Part shown: piece after piece, positions 1 through 11,528 of the stretch
Layout of the letters: every line of letters starts with the position of its first letter
Numbering within the stretch: position 1 is the first letter of the stretch
Source of the DNA: Blepharisma stoltei ATCC 30299
Taxonomy: Eukaryota > Protista > Ciliophora
Assembly: GCA_965603825.1 (NCBI GenBank)
Contig: CBFDEM010000040.1
Span: forward strand, 372,001 to 436,000
Direction of reading: 5' to 3'
Length of the DNA: 64,000 nt
Translations under genes and position numbers: made by a program
Notes under the pieces: generated by a model
Seen by the model: only the letters and a program-made list of their open reading frames with translations
What the model was told of the DNA's origin: nothing
Databases searched by the model: none

Positions 1-124
1 ATAGAAGACAGAAAGCCATTGCTCTGATTAACTAAGAGTTAGTTTCTAGAAATAAATCGCATTTATATGCTAAAAGCTAAAAATGGGCTTTTAGGAAAAT
101 TAAATTTTATAATCAACGTAATGT

Positions 125-1567
125 CTAAAGTGTTTTTGTGGGTTTAATGTTGAGAAATATATTAAGGAATTCCTCATAGGTGATTTTGTCAGTACGTCTT
201 TTTCCTATTTCGTATAACATTTGCTCGATCCCCTTGTTACCAAGCTTATGGCCTTGACGGCTTAGTGCTTCTTCAATATCAGTTGCTGTGATAAAGCCTT
301 TTCGTTCCACATCAAAATGCATAAAAGTAAGCCAAATTATTTCTTCTTGTAAGCTTAATTTTGAAGAAAGAGTGGCTGCGAGAAACTCACTATAATTAAG
401 TGTGCCATTTCGGTCTACATCTATTGATTGAATCAACTCATCAATTTCTTTTTGGGCTAAATGCCAGCTCGAATTTTTAAGAGATTCACTCAATAATTGT
501 ATAGAAATAACACCATTTTTGTATTGATCTAAACTGAGAAAAGATTCATTAAGTTCTTTAAGCTCGTGTATAGATAAATGTTTAATAAGAATCATCAAAG
601 CTTCTTTTTGGAACAAAGAAATTTTTCTGTAATCCTGCAAAGCTTTCAACATTCCTGCATCTATTGAAAATTTGATAGGAGACTGAGAAATGAACCACGG
701 ATGTGCTAAGGCTTCTGATGCCGATAATCTTTTAGCAGGATCTACACACATTAGCCGTTGTATAAGATTTCTTGCTTCAGGAGAGATATTGTTTCAAATT
801 TCATCCTTCATTTGGTACTTTCCTATTAAAATCTGTCTGAAAATTTCAGATTGAGTATCTGAAAAAAATGGTAGATCTCCAGACATCATAGTATACATTA
901 TGATCCCTACACTTCATAAATCACATTTGTTGCTATATGAGCCTGATAAAACTTCAGGTGCAATATAATATGGTGTGCCCACTTTCGAATGCAAATTTTT
1001 AAACTTTTTCCCAAATTTATTCGAAAGACCAAAGTCAACCAATTTTAGTTCAGCATCTTTATCGTCGGATTCAAATAAAAAATTTTCTGGTTTTATGTCT
1101 CTATGGACAATATTATTTAAATGCAAGTGATTTACTGCCATTAGAATTTTCTTTAAGAGGAATTTTGACTGATTTTCATCAAAATGGCCAGCTTCGATTA
1201 TTTTTGCAAATAATTCCCCACCAGAACAATATTCCATAACGATATATATAAATTTTTCATCTTCATAAGTTTCTATAAGCCGTATAATATTTGGATGATC
1301 TACTTGGACTAATATTTCAATTTCAGTCCGAAGTCTGTCAGAGTTATATGAAATTGACGACTTTGGAATAGACTTTATTGCTACTTTTGAATTTGTCCCT
1401 ATGAATGTAGCTATTCTGACTATTCCAAAGTGACCGCTGCCAATAATTTGTCCGAATTTATAAATTGATCTAATAGGCACTTGGCATAAAGATGTTGTCA
1501 CAATTTTACTTATAGTTAACGAATTCTTAGGCTTGACTTGTTTTTTGCTAGGAATGCACAAGCCCAT
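125..1567 (-). CDS. Calcium-dependent protein kinase (kinase domain + calmodulin-like EF-hand domain), ~480 aa
   Basis: ORFs 914-1624 and 125-751 join in one frame when TGA at 914-916 (KCDLW) and 794-796 are read as Trp. Motifs GSGHFG, HRDIKPEN, DFG, GTPYYIAPE; EF hand DVDRNGTLNYSEF; N-terminal MGLC. Confidence 0.93.
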
Positions 1568-1715
1568 ATTTGCACCAATAGGTTTTATAATAATCGTGTA
1601 ACATTCACCAAAAATGCGGTTCAAGAAGGGAGCTTTAATTATTATTAATTTATTAAATAAAAATTATTGCCTTCGGGCTATTATGTTGTGCCATTAAAAA
1701 TTATATTTATTATGA

Positions 1716-2117
1716 ATGAATGACTTTGAAGAAGCCCTATTTTCATGCAACAAGACTCCTGGATTATTCTGCGCTCTTGTACTGTTTTCATGTGTGGGAA
1801 GTCCTTGCTGTGTCCAAGGTCGACTAGTGTCAAGAGTTTGTAAATCAAATTTCGCTCTGCATTGCTTTCTCCCATGTGGATTAGGGTGTATTGGTGCCGC
1901 TTATAATAGAGGGAGGCTAAGAGAAAAATATTCTATGAGGACCGCATATCTATCCGACTGCTTTGTTCATCTTTGTTGTACAATCTGTGCCGTAAATCAA
2001 GAATTCCTTGAAGTACACAGGAGGCAAGGATCATCAATATTAGATGGAAGGCCATCGTTCAGGCCAAAGAAGTATTCATTCACACCAGAAGCGCCGATAT
2101 TTCAGGGTGTATATTAA
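1716..2117 (+). CDS. PLAC8-family cysteine-rich protein
   Basis: SPCCVQG, RGRLREKY and DCFVHLCCTICAVNQE match the PLAC8 pattern. Confidence 0.85.
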   Translation: MNDFEEALFSCNKTPGLFCALVLFSCVGSPCCVQGRLVSRVCKSNFALHCFLPCGLGCIGAAYNRGRLREKYSMRTAYLSDCFVHLCCTICAVNQEFLEVHRRQGSSILDGRPSFRPKKYSFTPEAPIFQGVY

Positions 2118-2544
2118 TTAATTCCACACAAGTAATGCAGTAATGCTAAGGTATGATTTCAATAATTTATTTAAGGTTTTTAGAGAATAAAACTTTTGAC
2201 TTCCATGTTGTAAGAATTTAATTATTCGCCTTATTATTGGTATCTTTATCTCATCATTAAACACAAAATATAGAAAATTTCGACTTTGCCAATGGTTTTT
2301 CATTAATTTTATCTTTGTTTCTACTCAGATCTACTCCTTAAATTCACTAATAAGCTAATTTTTGATTATAATTCTTGCAATTCAAAAATATAATTTATTA
2401 TAATTTTATAAAAATAATTTCAGCTTTAGACAGATTATTTGTTAAAGATTCATATATAAATTCATTAAATAAGGCTCAGTTCCTAATTTAGAATTATTAT
2501 ATAAATTATTCAATTAATTGATCGTAAAAGTAATTACATATAAA

Positions 2545-3135
2545 ATGGCTCTTATACTATTTTTGATTTTTGCTGGGGTCCAAGGCTTTGAAGTTAATAT
2601 CCAACCTAGAGGACAGCAATGCTTTGGCGAAGATCTCTCAAAAGGCACACTTTATGTGGGAGAAGTCTCCCTTGCTGAGAAAAGGCCAGAACTCCGCCCA
2701 CTCTCATACAGGGTTTTATTTAAAGATATTGCAACTATCGTTGAGAAAAATAACGTAAATACAGACAAATTCAGCTTTACATCTACAGAAGAAGGGCCAC
2801 ACATGCTTTGCGTTGAAAATTCTGGACAATTTGCTACTTGGGTAAATGTAAAAATTATTACTGGAGCTGCTGCAAAAGATTATAGTGGGGTAGCTTCTAC
2901 TAAAGACATAAAAGATTCTGAAAGAAAAATAGAATTAGTGAAGGAAAACGTTAGACAAATACATAAAGAACTGCAAAACGTTAGGGAGAGAGAAGAAGAA
3001 ATGCGAGGAACTAATGAAACAATCCACTCAAGAGTTGTCGCGTATTCAATCTTTACAATAATATTCTTGATTGCGTTAGCATTGATCCAGGTTTTGTATC
3101 TGAAAAGATTCTTTAAATCTAAGAAAATGATTTAG
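2545..3135 (+). CDS. p24/emp24 GOLD-domain cargo receptor, delta (TMP21/TMED10-like)
   Basis: Signal peptide, GOLD Cys pair, REEEMRGTNE, TM helix and YLKRFFKSKKMI dilysine tail. Confidence 0.92.
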   Translation: MALILFLIFAGVQGFEVNIQPRGQQCFGEDLSKGTLYVGEVSLAEKRPELRPLSYRVLFKDIATIVEKNNVNTDKFSFTSTEEGPHMLCVENSGQFATWVNVKIITGAAAKDYSGVASTKDIKDSERKIELVKENVRQIHKELQNVREREEEMRGTNETIHSRVVAYSIFTIIFLIALALIQVLYLKRFFKSKKMI

Positions 3136-3186
3136 ATATAGGATAATTTTTCTATTTAAGAGTAATCATTTTTATTATTTGCATAA

Positions 3187-5356
3187 ATGGAAGGCCTAAG
3201 TAAAATTGAAGTGACAGTTAATGAAGTGTATTCCCCAAAAGAACTAAGTTCTTCTCTTATATGCAAAGTCTTCTTAAAAGATCAAGTTAAGTCAGTTCAA
3301 GTAAAATTCTATTTAGCATCCGTTTAATTCCCCATTCATTTTTGATATCTTGAATCTTACTCAAGACGATATATTAATAGTTTCTTTAGAAGACTCAAGT
3401 CAAGAGTTGGCTTTTGCTGAAATTCGCATTGGAGATATTTTAAGCGACTTAAGAGGGTCAATTATGCAATGGGTAAAATTAATATCTCGCAAATCTCCAT
3501 CTAATAGATTTCATCAACTTTATGAAGAATCAGAGCAGTCTTATAGGATTCAAGTCCAAATCAGCATAAGAAATTCTTCGGGAGTACAAGCTAGTACTAG
3601 CAATCAGCAAAAATCTACTACAAGGCTTGATTTAAATACTTCTCCTGAAGGAAACCAAGGATGCCCAAGATGCATGTATTTAGTAAGACTTGCTGAAAGC
3701 CAAACATATGAACTCTTGGCTTTGGAAGAAAGTAAAAGCACATATTCTGACATAAAACAATTACTTAAAGATTACTACGCAAATGAGCAGCCAAGCTATT
3801 CCAGGCTTCTCTACTCAAACGCAGAAGAGCTAGGAATAGATTTGCCTATGCAGATGGGTCAGAAAGGCCCACAGGTATCAAAACAAGAAGCTGAGCATTT
3901 AAGAGAAGTCATACTAGGGCTAAATGAAAAGCTTAAAGGCCTCCAAATTATGCAAGACGAAGTCCAACAAATAAGAAAGCAACTTCATGACAGCCAAGTA
4001 AATAGGCTAATTTTGCAAGAAAGTGTAAGAAAAGCGACCTGCGAGTTAGAAGAAAAATGCAAGCAGCAAAGTGACAAGCACTCTCAATCAATTGAAGAAA
4101 GAGCTAAAGCTATGCAGAATTTGCTTGACCAGCAGCATCTTTATAACCAGAAATGCTTGGAGCAAGATGAGTTAAATAGCAGCTTAGCAACATTAAATGC
4201 AAGCTTAAAAGAGCTAAAGGCTGAAGAATTTAACTATTTAACGATGAAAGAGCATATTTCCAGATTAGAGACTGAGCTCAAAGTCTCAGAAAATAAAAGA
4301 GACGAGCTAAGGTCAGAGTATCGAAATTCAATCCAACAATTCGAAAACCAAAAGAAAAAACAAATAGAAAATATCAATAGACTAAATGAAGAAAAAGCCC
4401 AACTATTGAAAGATATCAAAAACTTGCAAAGCCAGCTTTTTGATCAAAAAAATGTTAATGAGGAGCTCACTAAAGTGAATCTTGACTTAGAAAGCACCAT
4501 AAAAGAATTGGAAGGGGAAATTAAAGTGCTGGAAGATGAAACGACAGAAATAAGTGAAGCAAGAAATATCGCTGAGAAAAAAGAAAATAAATGCATTTTC
4601 CTTCAAACAGAAATCCATAAGACTGCTAAGACTTTCGAAGAAGAATTAGCTGATATCTCAAGAATCAACCAAAATCTCCTCAAAGAGAAATCTGATGTAG
4701 TCAACACATTAAATGAATTAGAAAATATTCTAGAAAATAAGACTGAAGAAATCCAAGACTTGACACATACCAATTTCAATTTGATGAATAAAACAATTAA
4801 CTTAGAACTCCAGCTCTGTTCTCAGCATGACCAAGAAAATATCCGACAAGCTCTGGAGCATCAGCTTAATATGAACGAAAATATAAAATCAATATTACTA
4901 CAAGAACTTAACCAACTCACTGAGTATCTAGAAAAACAAACCTCTGAATGCTTAGCTCTTAGCAGGACAGTTGAAAGCTGCAAAAGAATGGTCGATGAAA
5001 AATGCATTGAAAAAGAAAATATGCAAAAAATAGTAGGTGATCTAAGACAAACAAGACCTCTTTATGTTACTGTGAAAGGAGATTTAATAGATGAGAAATT
5101 CGGAAGCGTGCTGAATGAAAGGAAAGACTGGTATGATCTAATGATCTATAGGAAAAACTCGGGGGTTTATAATATTGGAAGCAAAGAAGTTGGAATGAGC
5201 TTAAATGATAATCAGTTGATGGTAAGGCTAGGCAAAGGTATAATGACAATTGAAGAATTTCTTAATACTTATATTCCTCTGGAGAAAAATAAAAAACAAT
5301 TCTCCACTCCAGTTGTGATGAGGCAGCAAATAGCAATTCATGAAATCTCTCAATAA
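3187..5356 (+). CDS. Long coiled-coil protein with C-terminal GAR/GAS2-like microtubule-binding domain; one 16-nt intron
   Basis: Exon 1 (3187-3300, 38 codons) joins ORF 3350-5356 in frame after removing 3301-3316. C-terminal GVYNIGSK...LMVRLGKGIMTIEEFL resembles GAR. Confidence 0.75.
3301..3316 (+). other. 16-nt spliceosomal intron
   Basis: gtaaaattctatttag; removal restores the frame. Confidence 0.88.
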
Positions 5357-5676
5357 ATTTTATTTTAGTTGATAATAAGATACCCTTATTAATATTTTAA
5401 TATGAATAGCTCTATAATATCAAAGAAAGGCTACCTATTCTGTCAGTATACCGTATATTGTCCACAGTCTAGCTTATCTTAGCGTAATCTTAAATTCTAA
5501 TAAATATCTAAGATTAAATAAAAATGAAGATTTCTGAAAAACCTTAATTTTTTAATTGCCCCAATTATAATACTTAAAGCCTCCTAATGCTTGATACTTT
5601 CTTTTGGAAAAAACTCTATCAGTTCATATTTGTTTATTTGCTTCTAAATCTTTGAATTATAATAAAAAACATCAAG

Positions 5677-6051
5677 ATGGAATCAGAAATGTGTAGGAAC
5701 TGCAGAGTATTTTACGGGTGCCTTGGAGGACTCTGCTCCCAATGTCACAAGAAAGAAGCCTTGAAGAAAGAAGCTACCGACGTAGTGACGACATTAGCTC
5801 AGGTCGCTTCAGCAGTAGTTCTCCCTACAGAGCCAGCACCTCAACAGCCAGTACAAGACCGAAGCCGCTGCTTTACCTGCAACAAGAGAGTTGGACCACT
5901 TTCCTTCACCTGCAAATGTCAATATTCCTTCTGTGCGAGACACCGACTGCCTGAAGAGCACAATTGTACTTTCGATCATAAAAGCCATGGAATTCGAAAA
6001 CTTTCTGAAGATAACCCACTCGTAGTGGCTGAAAAATTCAATAAGCTTTAG
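5677..6051 (+). CDS. A20/AN1 zinc-finger protein
   Basis: N-terminal CRNC..YG...GLCSQC and C-terminal AN1 CFTC..VG...FTCKC..FCARHRLPEEHNC. Confidence 0.92.
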   Translation: MESEMCRNCRVFYGCLGGLCSQCHKKEALKKEATDVVTTLAQVASAVVLPTEPAPQQPVQDRSRCFTCNKRVGPLSFTCKCQYSFCARHRLPEEHNCTFDHKSHGIRKLSEDNPLVVAEKFNKL

Positions 6052-6512
6052 GCATAGTCTATTACCTTAACACTTGACATTGATTAAATGACTTCTCTAG
6101 GAATTTAATTAACGTTTATGTTTAGCGTCTGACAAGTAATTTATTGACAATTTTGAACTTCCCACAAAACGAATGAGTTTATTAGAGTTTAAATTACAGA
6201 AATATGTAAAAAAATTTTGAAAATTTGTGAAGAAGAATAAAATGTAACCTTCATAAGCTTGGCTGGGCTGAAATAATTTTCATTTAAATTTTCCCCAGTT
6301 TTATTCATGGAATAATTATTTTTAAAAATATTGGATAATTCATCAGATTTTTGCCAATGAAAAATCAAGACAGGATTTTGGCTTGAGTATTTATAGAAGC
6401 TTGATATAATTAAAAGAGTCTAAAATTTCGCAAATTTTAGTTTGAAAAGAGTTATAAATAGAGCTCAATAATATCAAAAATAACTAAAATTAAGCTAATT
6501 GTGAGAAGGGAT

Positions 6513-6983
6513 TTAGATAATAAACTTATAGACCGGAGGATGCTGATCAATAACTTCTGTCCCTTTGGTTACCACGAAATGTCCCTCACTAGGTGCAGCG
6601 GCTTCTCTTTTAAGCTCGCTTGTCCTTCCTTCGTTTCTAGCCTTTTCATTATCAATGACTCTTGCTAAAAATTCCTCCCTGCATCTGCTTTTAGTCAAAT
6701 GTTCAGGCCTTACGTTGATTCTTTTCTTGATAATTCTATTTCTTACTTGTTTATTGACAATCACGCCAATCCCATGAACACTAACATTGAAGACTTTCCC
6801 TGTTTTTCCATGGTAAAACTTGTATGGCATTCCTTTGTGGACTGAGCCATCAACTTTGATATCGACATAGTCGCCCCTTTGGAAGGCTACCATAGTGCGA
6901 GAAAGAGGAACTGGACCGTGTCTTCTGAATGGCTTTGAAAACAGATCTCTGGTCTTAGCTCTGTATCCCTTATGGTGTGGCAT
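6513..6983 (-). CDS. RPL21: 60S ribosomal protein L21 (eL21)
   Basis: GYRAKTRDLFSKPFR and HKGMPYKFYHGKTG. Confidence 0.97.
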   Translation of the reverse strand: MPHHKGYRAKTRDLFSKPFRRHGPVPLSRTMVAFQRGDYVDIKVDGSVHKGMPYKFYHGKTGKVFNVSVHGIGVIVNKQVRNRIIKKRINVRPEHLTKSRCREEFLARVIDNEKARNEGRTSELKREAAAPSEGHFVVTKGTEVIDQHPPVYKFII

Positions 6984-7073
6984 TTTAGTTTACAATAATG
7001 GCAAAAGTTATTCTAATAAGCAGAATTGGGATTTTTTAAGGAGATTTACTAACTTATTTATATTTTTTGAATT

Positions 7074-8003
7074 TTAAAGTGCATTTATCGGTACTTTAAA
7101 ATAAGAAATTCCATTTGACTCAGGATCAGGGAGTTCTCCATTTCTTAGATTCACAAGTAAAGATTCCATGATAAGTTTTGGAAGTTTTAAGATTGCATCT
7201 CTGCCTTTTCTCCATTGCACAAAAGCTTCTTTGCTTGTTCCCAAATTTAAATGTGTGTTATTCTTTTTTTCTTCCCCCATTGTAGACTCCCATGCAAACC
7301 CCTTTTTTCGGTGCCGTAGTCATGCCCAACAAATACTCTATACTCGTCTGGAAGTTCGAAGAGATTTCTGATGGACTGATAAAGAACATCTGCAGAACCT
7401 CCTGGAAAATCGCACCTTGCTGTTCCAAAATCTGGCATAAATATAGTGTCGCCAGTGAATACAGCATCACCTATAACATAAACCATACATGCTGGAGTAT
7501 GGCCAGGGCTATGTATTGCTTTGAAAGGCAAATTTCCAATATTAAACGATTCTCCATGCTTTATCAATTTATTAAACTGAGATCCATCAGTTCTGAAGTT
7601 AGAAAGATTAAATAATCTTGAAAATTGAGTCTGGACTGCAGTTACATTAAATCCAATAGCTGTTTTAGCTGATGGAAAAGCATTTTTTATAATTTTAGCT
7701 CCGGTGAGATGGTCCGCATGAACATGAGTTTCGAAATATAAAAGGATCAAGATTATTCATCTTGATTTCTGCAATCACAGAGTCGGCATGAATAGTTCTA
7801 GTTCTATGGCCTACTTGATCATAGTCTAGTACAGGATCAATAACCGCACACTTTCCAGTTTCAGGACAAGATACAACATATGTAGCTGTGTTTGTGTCAT
7901 TATGGAATAAGCACTGCACTTTTGGCTTCATCAAGGCAGATGAAAATGTGCGATTTATATAGCCTTTGGCTATTGATGCAAAGAATAAGGTTTTTGAAAA
8001 CAT
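7074..8003 (-). CDS. Metallo-beta-lactamase-fold persulfide dioxygenase (ETHE1/SdoA-like) with putative mitochondrial presequence; two frame disruptions as assembled (error or pseudogene)
   Basis: Three overlapping ORFs carry consecutive parts: AVIDPVLDYD; ETHVHADH, PGHT, GDTIFMPDFGTARCDFPGG, GHDY; and GEEKKNNTHL...PKL. Confidence 0.85.
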
Positions 8004-8372
8004 TTTTTATAACCATTTTAATAGTTCAGTGAAATCAGAAAATGAAAAATGGTTTTATCTAATTTTATTTCAAAGTATTCGCTGATATTCTGGTAGAAAT
8101 TTGTATTAGATAAACTTAGTAGGATAAAATAAGCTTGGAATTGATATTATAATTTAAGACTGAGTAAAATTTTATCTTGAAATTAAGATAGTTTATATTT
8201 TGGCTATTCGCATGAAAGACATTAAAACTGTTTATATTTGTAATCAATCTAAAATTATGTTTTCTGGATAATAAAAATTTTTAAGTTATTTTGAAATAAT
8301 ATGATTAGTAATATATTAGGACATATTAAAATAAAGTTTAGACGCAATATCTTAGATTTAATTAATGATCTA

Positions 8373-9368
8373 TTAAGCCTCTCTAATTTTTTCTAATATA
8401 ATGTGATGAGAATAGGAAGCTGCTATAGGCTTATTTTCAACAACTTCTGCTCTTATCATGCTGAGTATCTGATTTATTAAATTTTGGATTTCTTCTTTTG
8501 GATACTTTGCACCTAAATGCATGCCGCAATATATCTCAAAAATTTTCTTCCAAAACAGCACAACCCCTTCTGCGTATTTATCAATATCCCCATCGTTTTC
8601 GAAGTCTTCTAAATGTGGCATTTTCACAAAAACTTCTTTATAGCTGACCTGCCTATATAGATGCTGCACCCCATTTATTGCATTCTCGACTTCAGCTCTT
8701 GTCCTGAAATGAGTTCCGATTGAAATATTTGCAAACTCTGGTGGAGCGATATTATTCGAAATAACGTTTTTCGCAACTTTATTTATTATATCAAAGATAT
8801 TGTTTTGAGGCAGAGTTCCCATGACATCAAAATAAATCCTTCCTCCGGGAATTAATTCAGCGTGCTTAATTGTTAAGCAGTTTTGCAACTCTTTTAGAGC
8901 TCCCTGAATTCTTTGCTCTTTTATAGTCTCATCAGATGAAAGTGAAGGAAATATATGGTCAGGAGCAGGCTGCTTTGAAGGAAAAGCGCTTAAAAGGTGG
9001 GAAATATATTGAAGAGAAATTGAGTTATTTGGATAAATCTGTTTCATATGATTCCCTGGACTGAAGTATGTAAACACGTTTGAGAGCTTTGCAAAACTTT
9101 CTGGCTCAGATTCGTGGTATTTAATCATTTCAGAATAGTTATATGAAGGAATGTCCGCTCTGAAAATTTCTACTGGAGTGTTAGAGTAGTTTCTAAAGTC
9201 TTTAATAATTCTTGAAAGAGGGAGTAGTGAAAACCTGCCAGCTTCTAAGTGATAATCTGCAATTTTAAGAATAGGATTTAATAGTTCGATTTCTCTTAAG
9301 GTTTCACAGACTTCTTCTGTTCCAGAAAGTGCAAACTTTGTTAGCCAATGTGATCTATGAGGAATCAT
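8373..9368 (-). CDS. Divergent SABATH-type (SAM-dependent carboxyl methyltransferase-like) protein
   Basis: Order and spacing of LKIADY, ADIPSYNY, PGNHMKQIYPNNSI, ELIPGGRI and FRTRAEV parallel the SABATH motifs. Confidence 0.65.
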   Translation of the reverse strand: MIPHRSHWLTKFALSGTEEVCETLREIELLNPILKIADYHLEAGRFSLLPLSRIIKDFRNYSNTPVEIFRADIPSYNYSEMIKYHESEPESFAKLSNVFTYFSPGNHMKQIYPNNSISLQYISHLLSAFPSKQPAPDHIFPSLSSDETIKEQRIQGALKELQNCLTIKHAELIPGGRIYFDVMGTLPQNNIFDIINKVAKNVISNNIAPPEFANISIGTHFRTRAEVENAINGVQHLYRQVSYKEVFVKMPHLEDFENDGDIDKYAEGVVLFWKKIFEIYCGMHLGAKYPKEEIQNLINQILSMIRAEVVENKPIAASYSHHIILEKIREA

Positions 9369-9821
9369 AAAAATGATTGTTATTAAAGATTAATAAATTT
9401 CAGCCTATAAGTTATTAATAAACGAAAAGCTTTAAAAAGATTTCACATGCTATTTTAGTCAGCAGCTATGCTACTTTAAAGTAGTTTCTAATAAAAAAAG
9501 GTTATATGCCCATTTTTTAATTTTGTATATAATGAAATACTGGATAGCTGTTTAATAAACATGGTAATCATCCAAAATTGCAAAATACGTTAAAGTAAAT
9601 TCGTAAAAATATATGTTTAATCGCATGATTTTTATTTTAATTTTTTTATTTTTATTGCTTTCATTAATCTTATTTAAGCCAAAAATATCCATCTCGATTT
9701 TTTAATTATGCTTTAGATCAATTATAAAACGCATTTTTACTAATTAATTAGAAATACATATATTTAAAAGGATTTACTGGATTATTTATAATTACGTTGA
9801 CATGCATTGATACAATTTAGT

Positions 9822-10157
9822 TTATTGGTATGATCTTTTTAATAGACTCATTACTTTTTGATTCCTATTGAAAAGCTGGCTGCTAGCCTTTATATAAAGA
9901 GTTCGTTTAATTTTTTCGGTGCTTAAGCAATTTGTCGATATTTTATGATAAGAAATACTTATCATTCCTGATTCTTCTAAATCTGGATCGACTTCACTGA
10001 TTTTGAATAAATTCTTTTCGACCTTAATAAATTCTGTTGCCTTTTCACAATTTCCTAGAATTTGGATAAGGTTTTCTGTTTTCTTGTTTTTTTCTGTTAA
10101 TTTATCAGATTTATTTCTGATAATCTTAACTTTACCTATAGAACCTGTGCATCCCAT
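9822..10157 (-). CDS. Small hypothetical protein with N-terminal acylation motif
   Basis: 111-aa ORF starting MGCTGS in an A-rich start context. Confidence 0.6.
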   Translation of the reverse strand: MGCTGSIGKVKIIRNKSDKLTEKNKKTENLIQILGNCEKATEFIKVEKNLFKISEVDPDLEESGMISISYHKISTNCLSTEKIKRTLYIKASSQLFNRNQKVMSLLKRSYQ

Positions 10158-10624
10158 TTTTTGATAATAAAAGTATGGTGAATTTTTCTACTGAACTCCA
10201 TGCTGCTAGAATAGTTTTATTCTCCAAAAGTTGGATACATAAAAAATTCTTGTTAATTTATTTGCTTTAGTGCTATCTAAGAAATACTTATGAATCTAAC
10301 TATAATTAAAGTAAAACTTATTTGAATTACTACCTATGTGCTTAGTTGAATAGAAAGAATAAAATTTTTTGGAAATAGTCATTTTATTCGATAAACTATT
10401 GCTATACATTGTTTTATATTTTAAAGAATTTTAAAAAAAATAAGGCACTAGTTCATTTGTTTTTATAAGAATAATGTATTAAAATATTAAAATCCTATGA
10501 AGAACTATAAATCTTATTTCACTTTGATAAAATTTGCGATCTTAACACAAATCGTTCTATCTTTTATTAAAATGAATGTGAATAACTATTATCACTATTT
10601 AAACTTATAACAAAAAAATCAATT

Positions 10625-11170
10625 TTCAGGAGCCAGAGGCCCTCATTCCCTTTAATAATACCTTATAGCTTGCTTGTCAGTCTGCACATGGCTCTTGCGC
10701 TGCACTAATCCTTTGAGATGAGGCCCTGCACTCACCCTCAAAATCAGAAGGTTTATGTCGACTGGAAAATTCAAAAATTTAAATTTTCTGGGGAATCATT
10801 TGCTAAAATATAAACTCAAAGCCTAGGATGTATGCTGGATGAGTGTTCTTATTGTTGGGAAAATCCTCCAGAACTAGTTGGAGAACCTTAAAAGCTCCTT
10901 ATCTCCTTTTTCCATAAGGAAAAACCTGTAGTACTCAGACCCACCTGTGCCAGTAAAACCTAGAGGATGCACGCATCAAAAGCTAAACTCCTTTCTCAAG
11001 GAATGACCCTGAACGCCGCTAAAGGAGTTAAAAGGGCGGTTGATCCACCACCACCACCACAAACGCGAATAACCAGCTCTATAAAGCTCATGACATAAAA
11101 TCTTTCTGGGACATCAAGTTTACCAAATGCCTTATGTTAATGTGCAGAATGTACTATTGCTCTCAAGACT
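10625..11170 (+). mobile_element. Probable decayed non-LTR retrotransposon fragment (linker and start of APE endonuclease)
   Basis: GC-elevated island with no intact ORF. Translates ...VDPPPPPQTRITSSIKLMT*NLSG...TIALKT, resembling the (K/R)IxTWNxxG...IALQET start of LINE endonucleases. Confidence 0.45.
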
Positions 11171-11418
11171 TCTTTGCTTTGATCTCTGTTCAAAAGTCCT
11201 TCTTGCCTCGAATCAGATAGTGTAAAAATATTTTAGCCCATTTTCTGTTATATAGCATTCCAAATAGATCCTTTACTTTCCTTTTTTAAGTTCGCTGACA
11301 AAATGTTTTTTGCATCTACTGGTTATAATGTGCAAAGGTCTTGGTATCGGTGTCTGTTTAAGTATAATTCTGCTTCTCCTATGAGGTAGCTAGTAACTTC
11401 TTGGTTTCTTATTGCCAT
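11170..11418 (-). pseudogene. Possible gene remnant of unknown family
   Basis: ATG at 11418 opens MAIRNQEVTSYLIGEAELYLNRHRYQDLCTL*; coding-like sequence continues with several TAA stops. Confidence 0.3.
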
Positions 11419-11528
11419 TTCTGATAAAATAAAAGCGATTGTATAAATTTATCTTTAATTTTGATAAAAATACTTATTACTATTTATCTCTAAAATTCAT
11501 AATTCACATAAGTTATCATTTCCTCTAT

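Noticed and set aside
2118-2303. 61-aa minus-strand ORF
   Set aside because: Intergenic base composition and no recognisable motif.
7074-8003. Euplotes-type programmed +1 frameshifting or introns in the dioxygenase gene
   Set aside because: No AAA-TAR site at the breaks and no GT..AG of suitable length.
9472-9485. Palindrome ctactttaaagtag
   Set aside because: Single short AT-rich palindrome with no supporting context.
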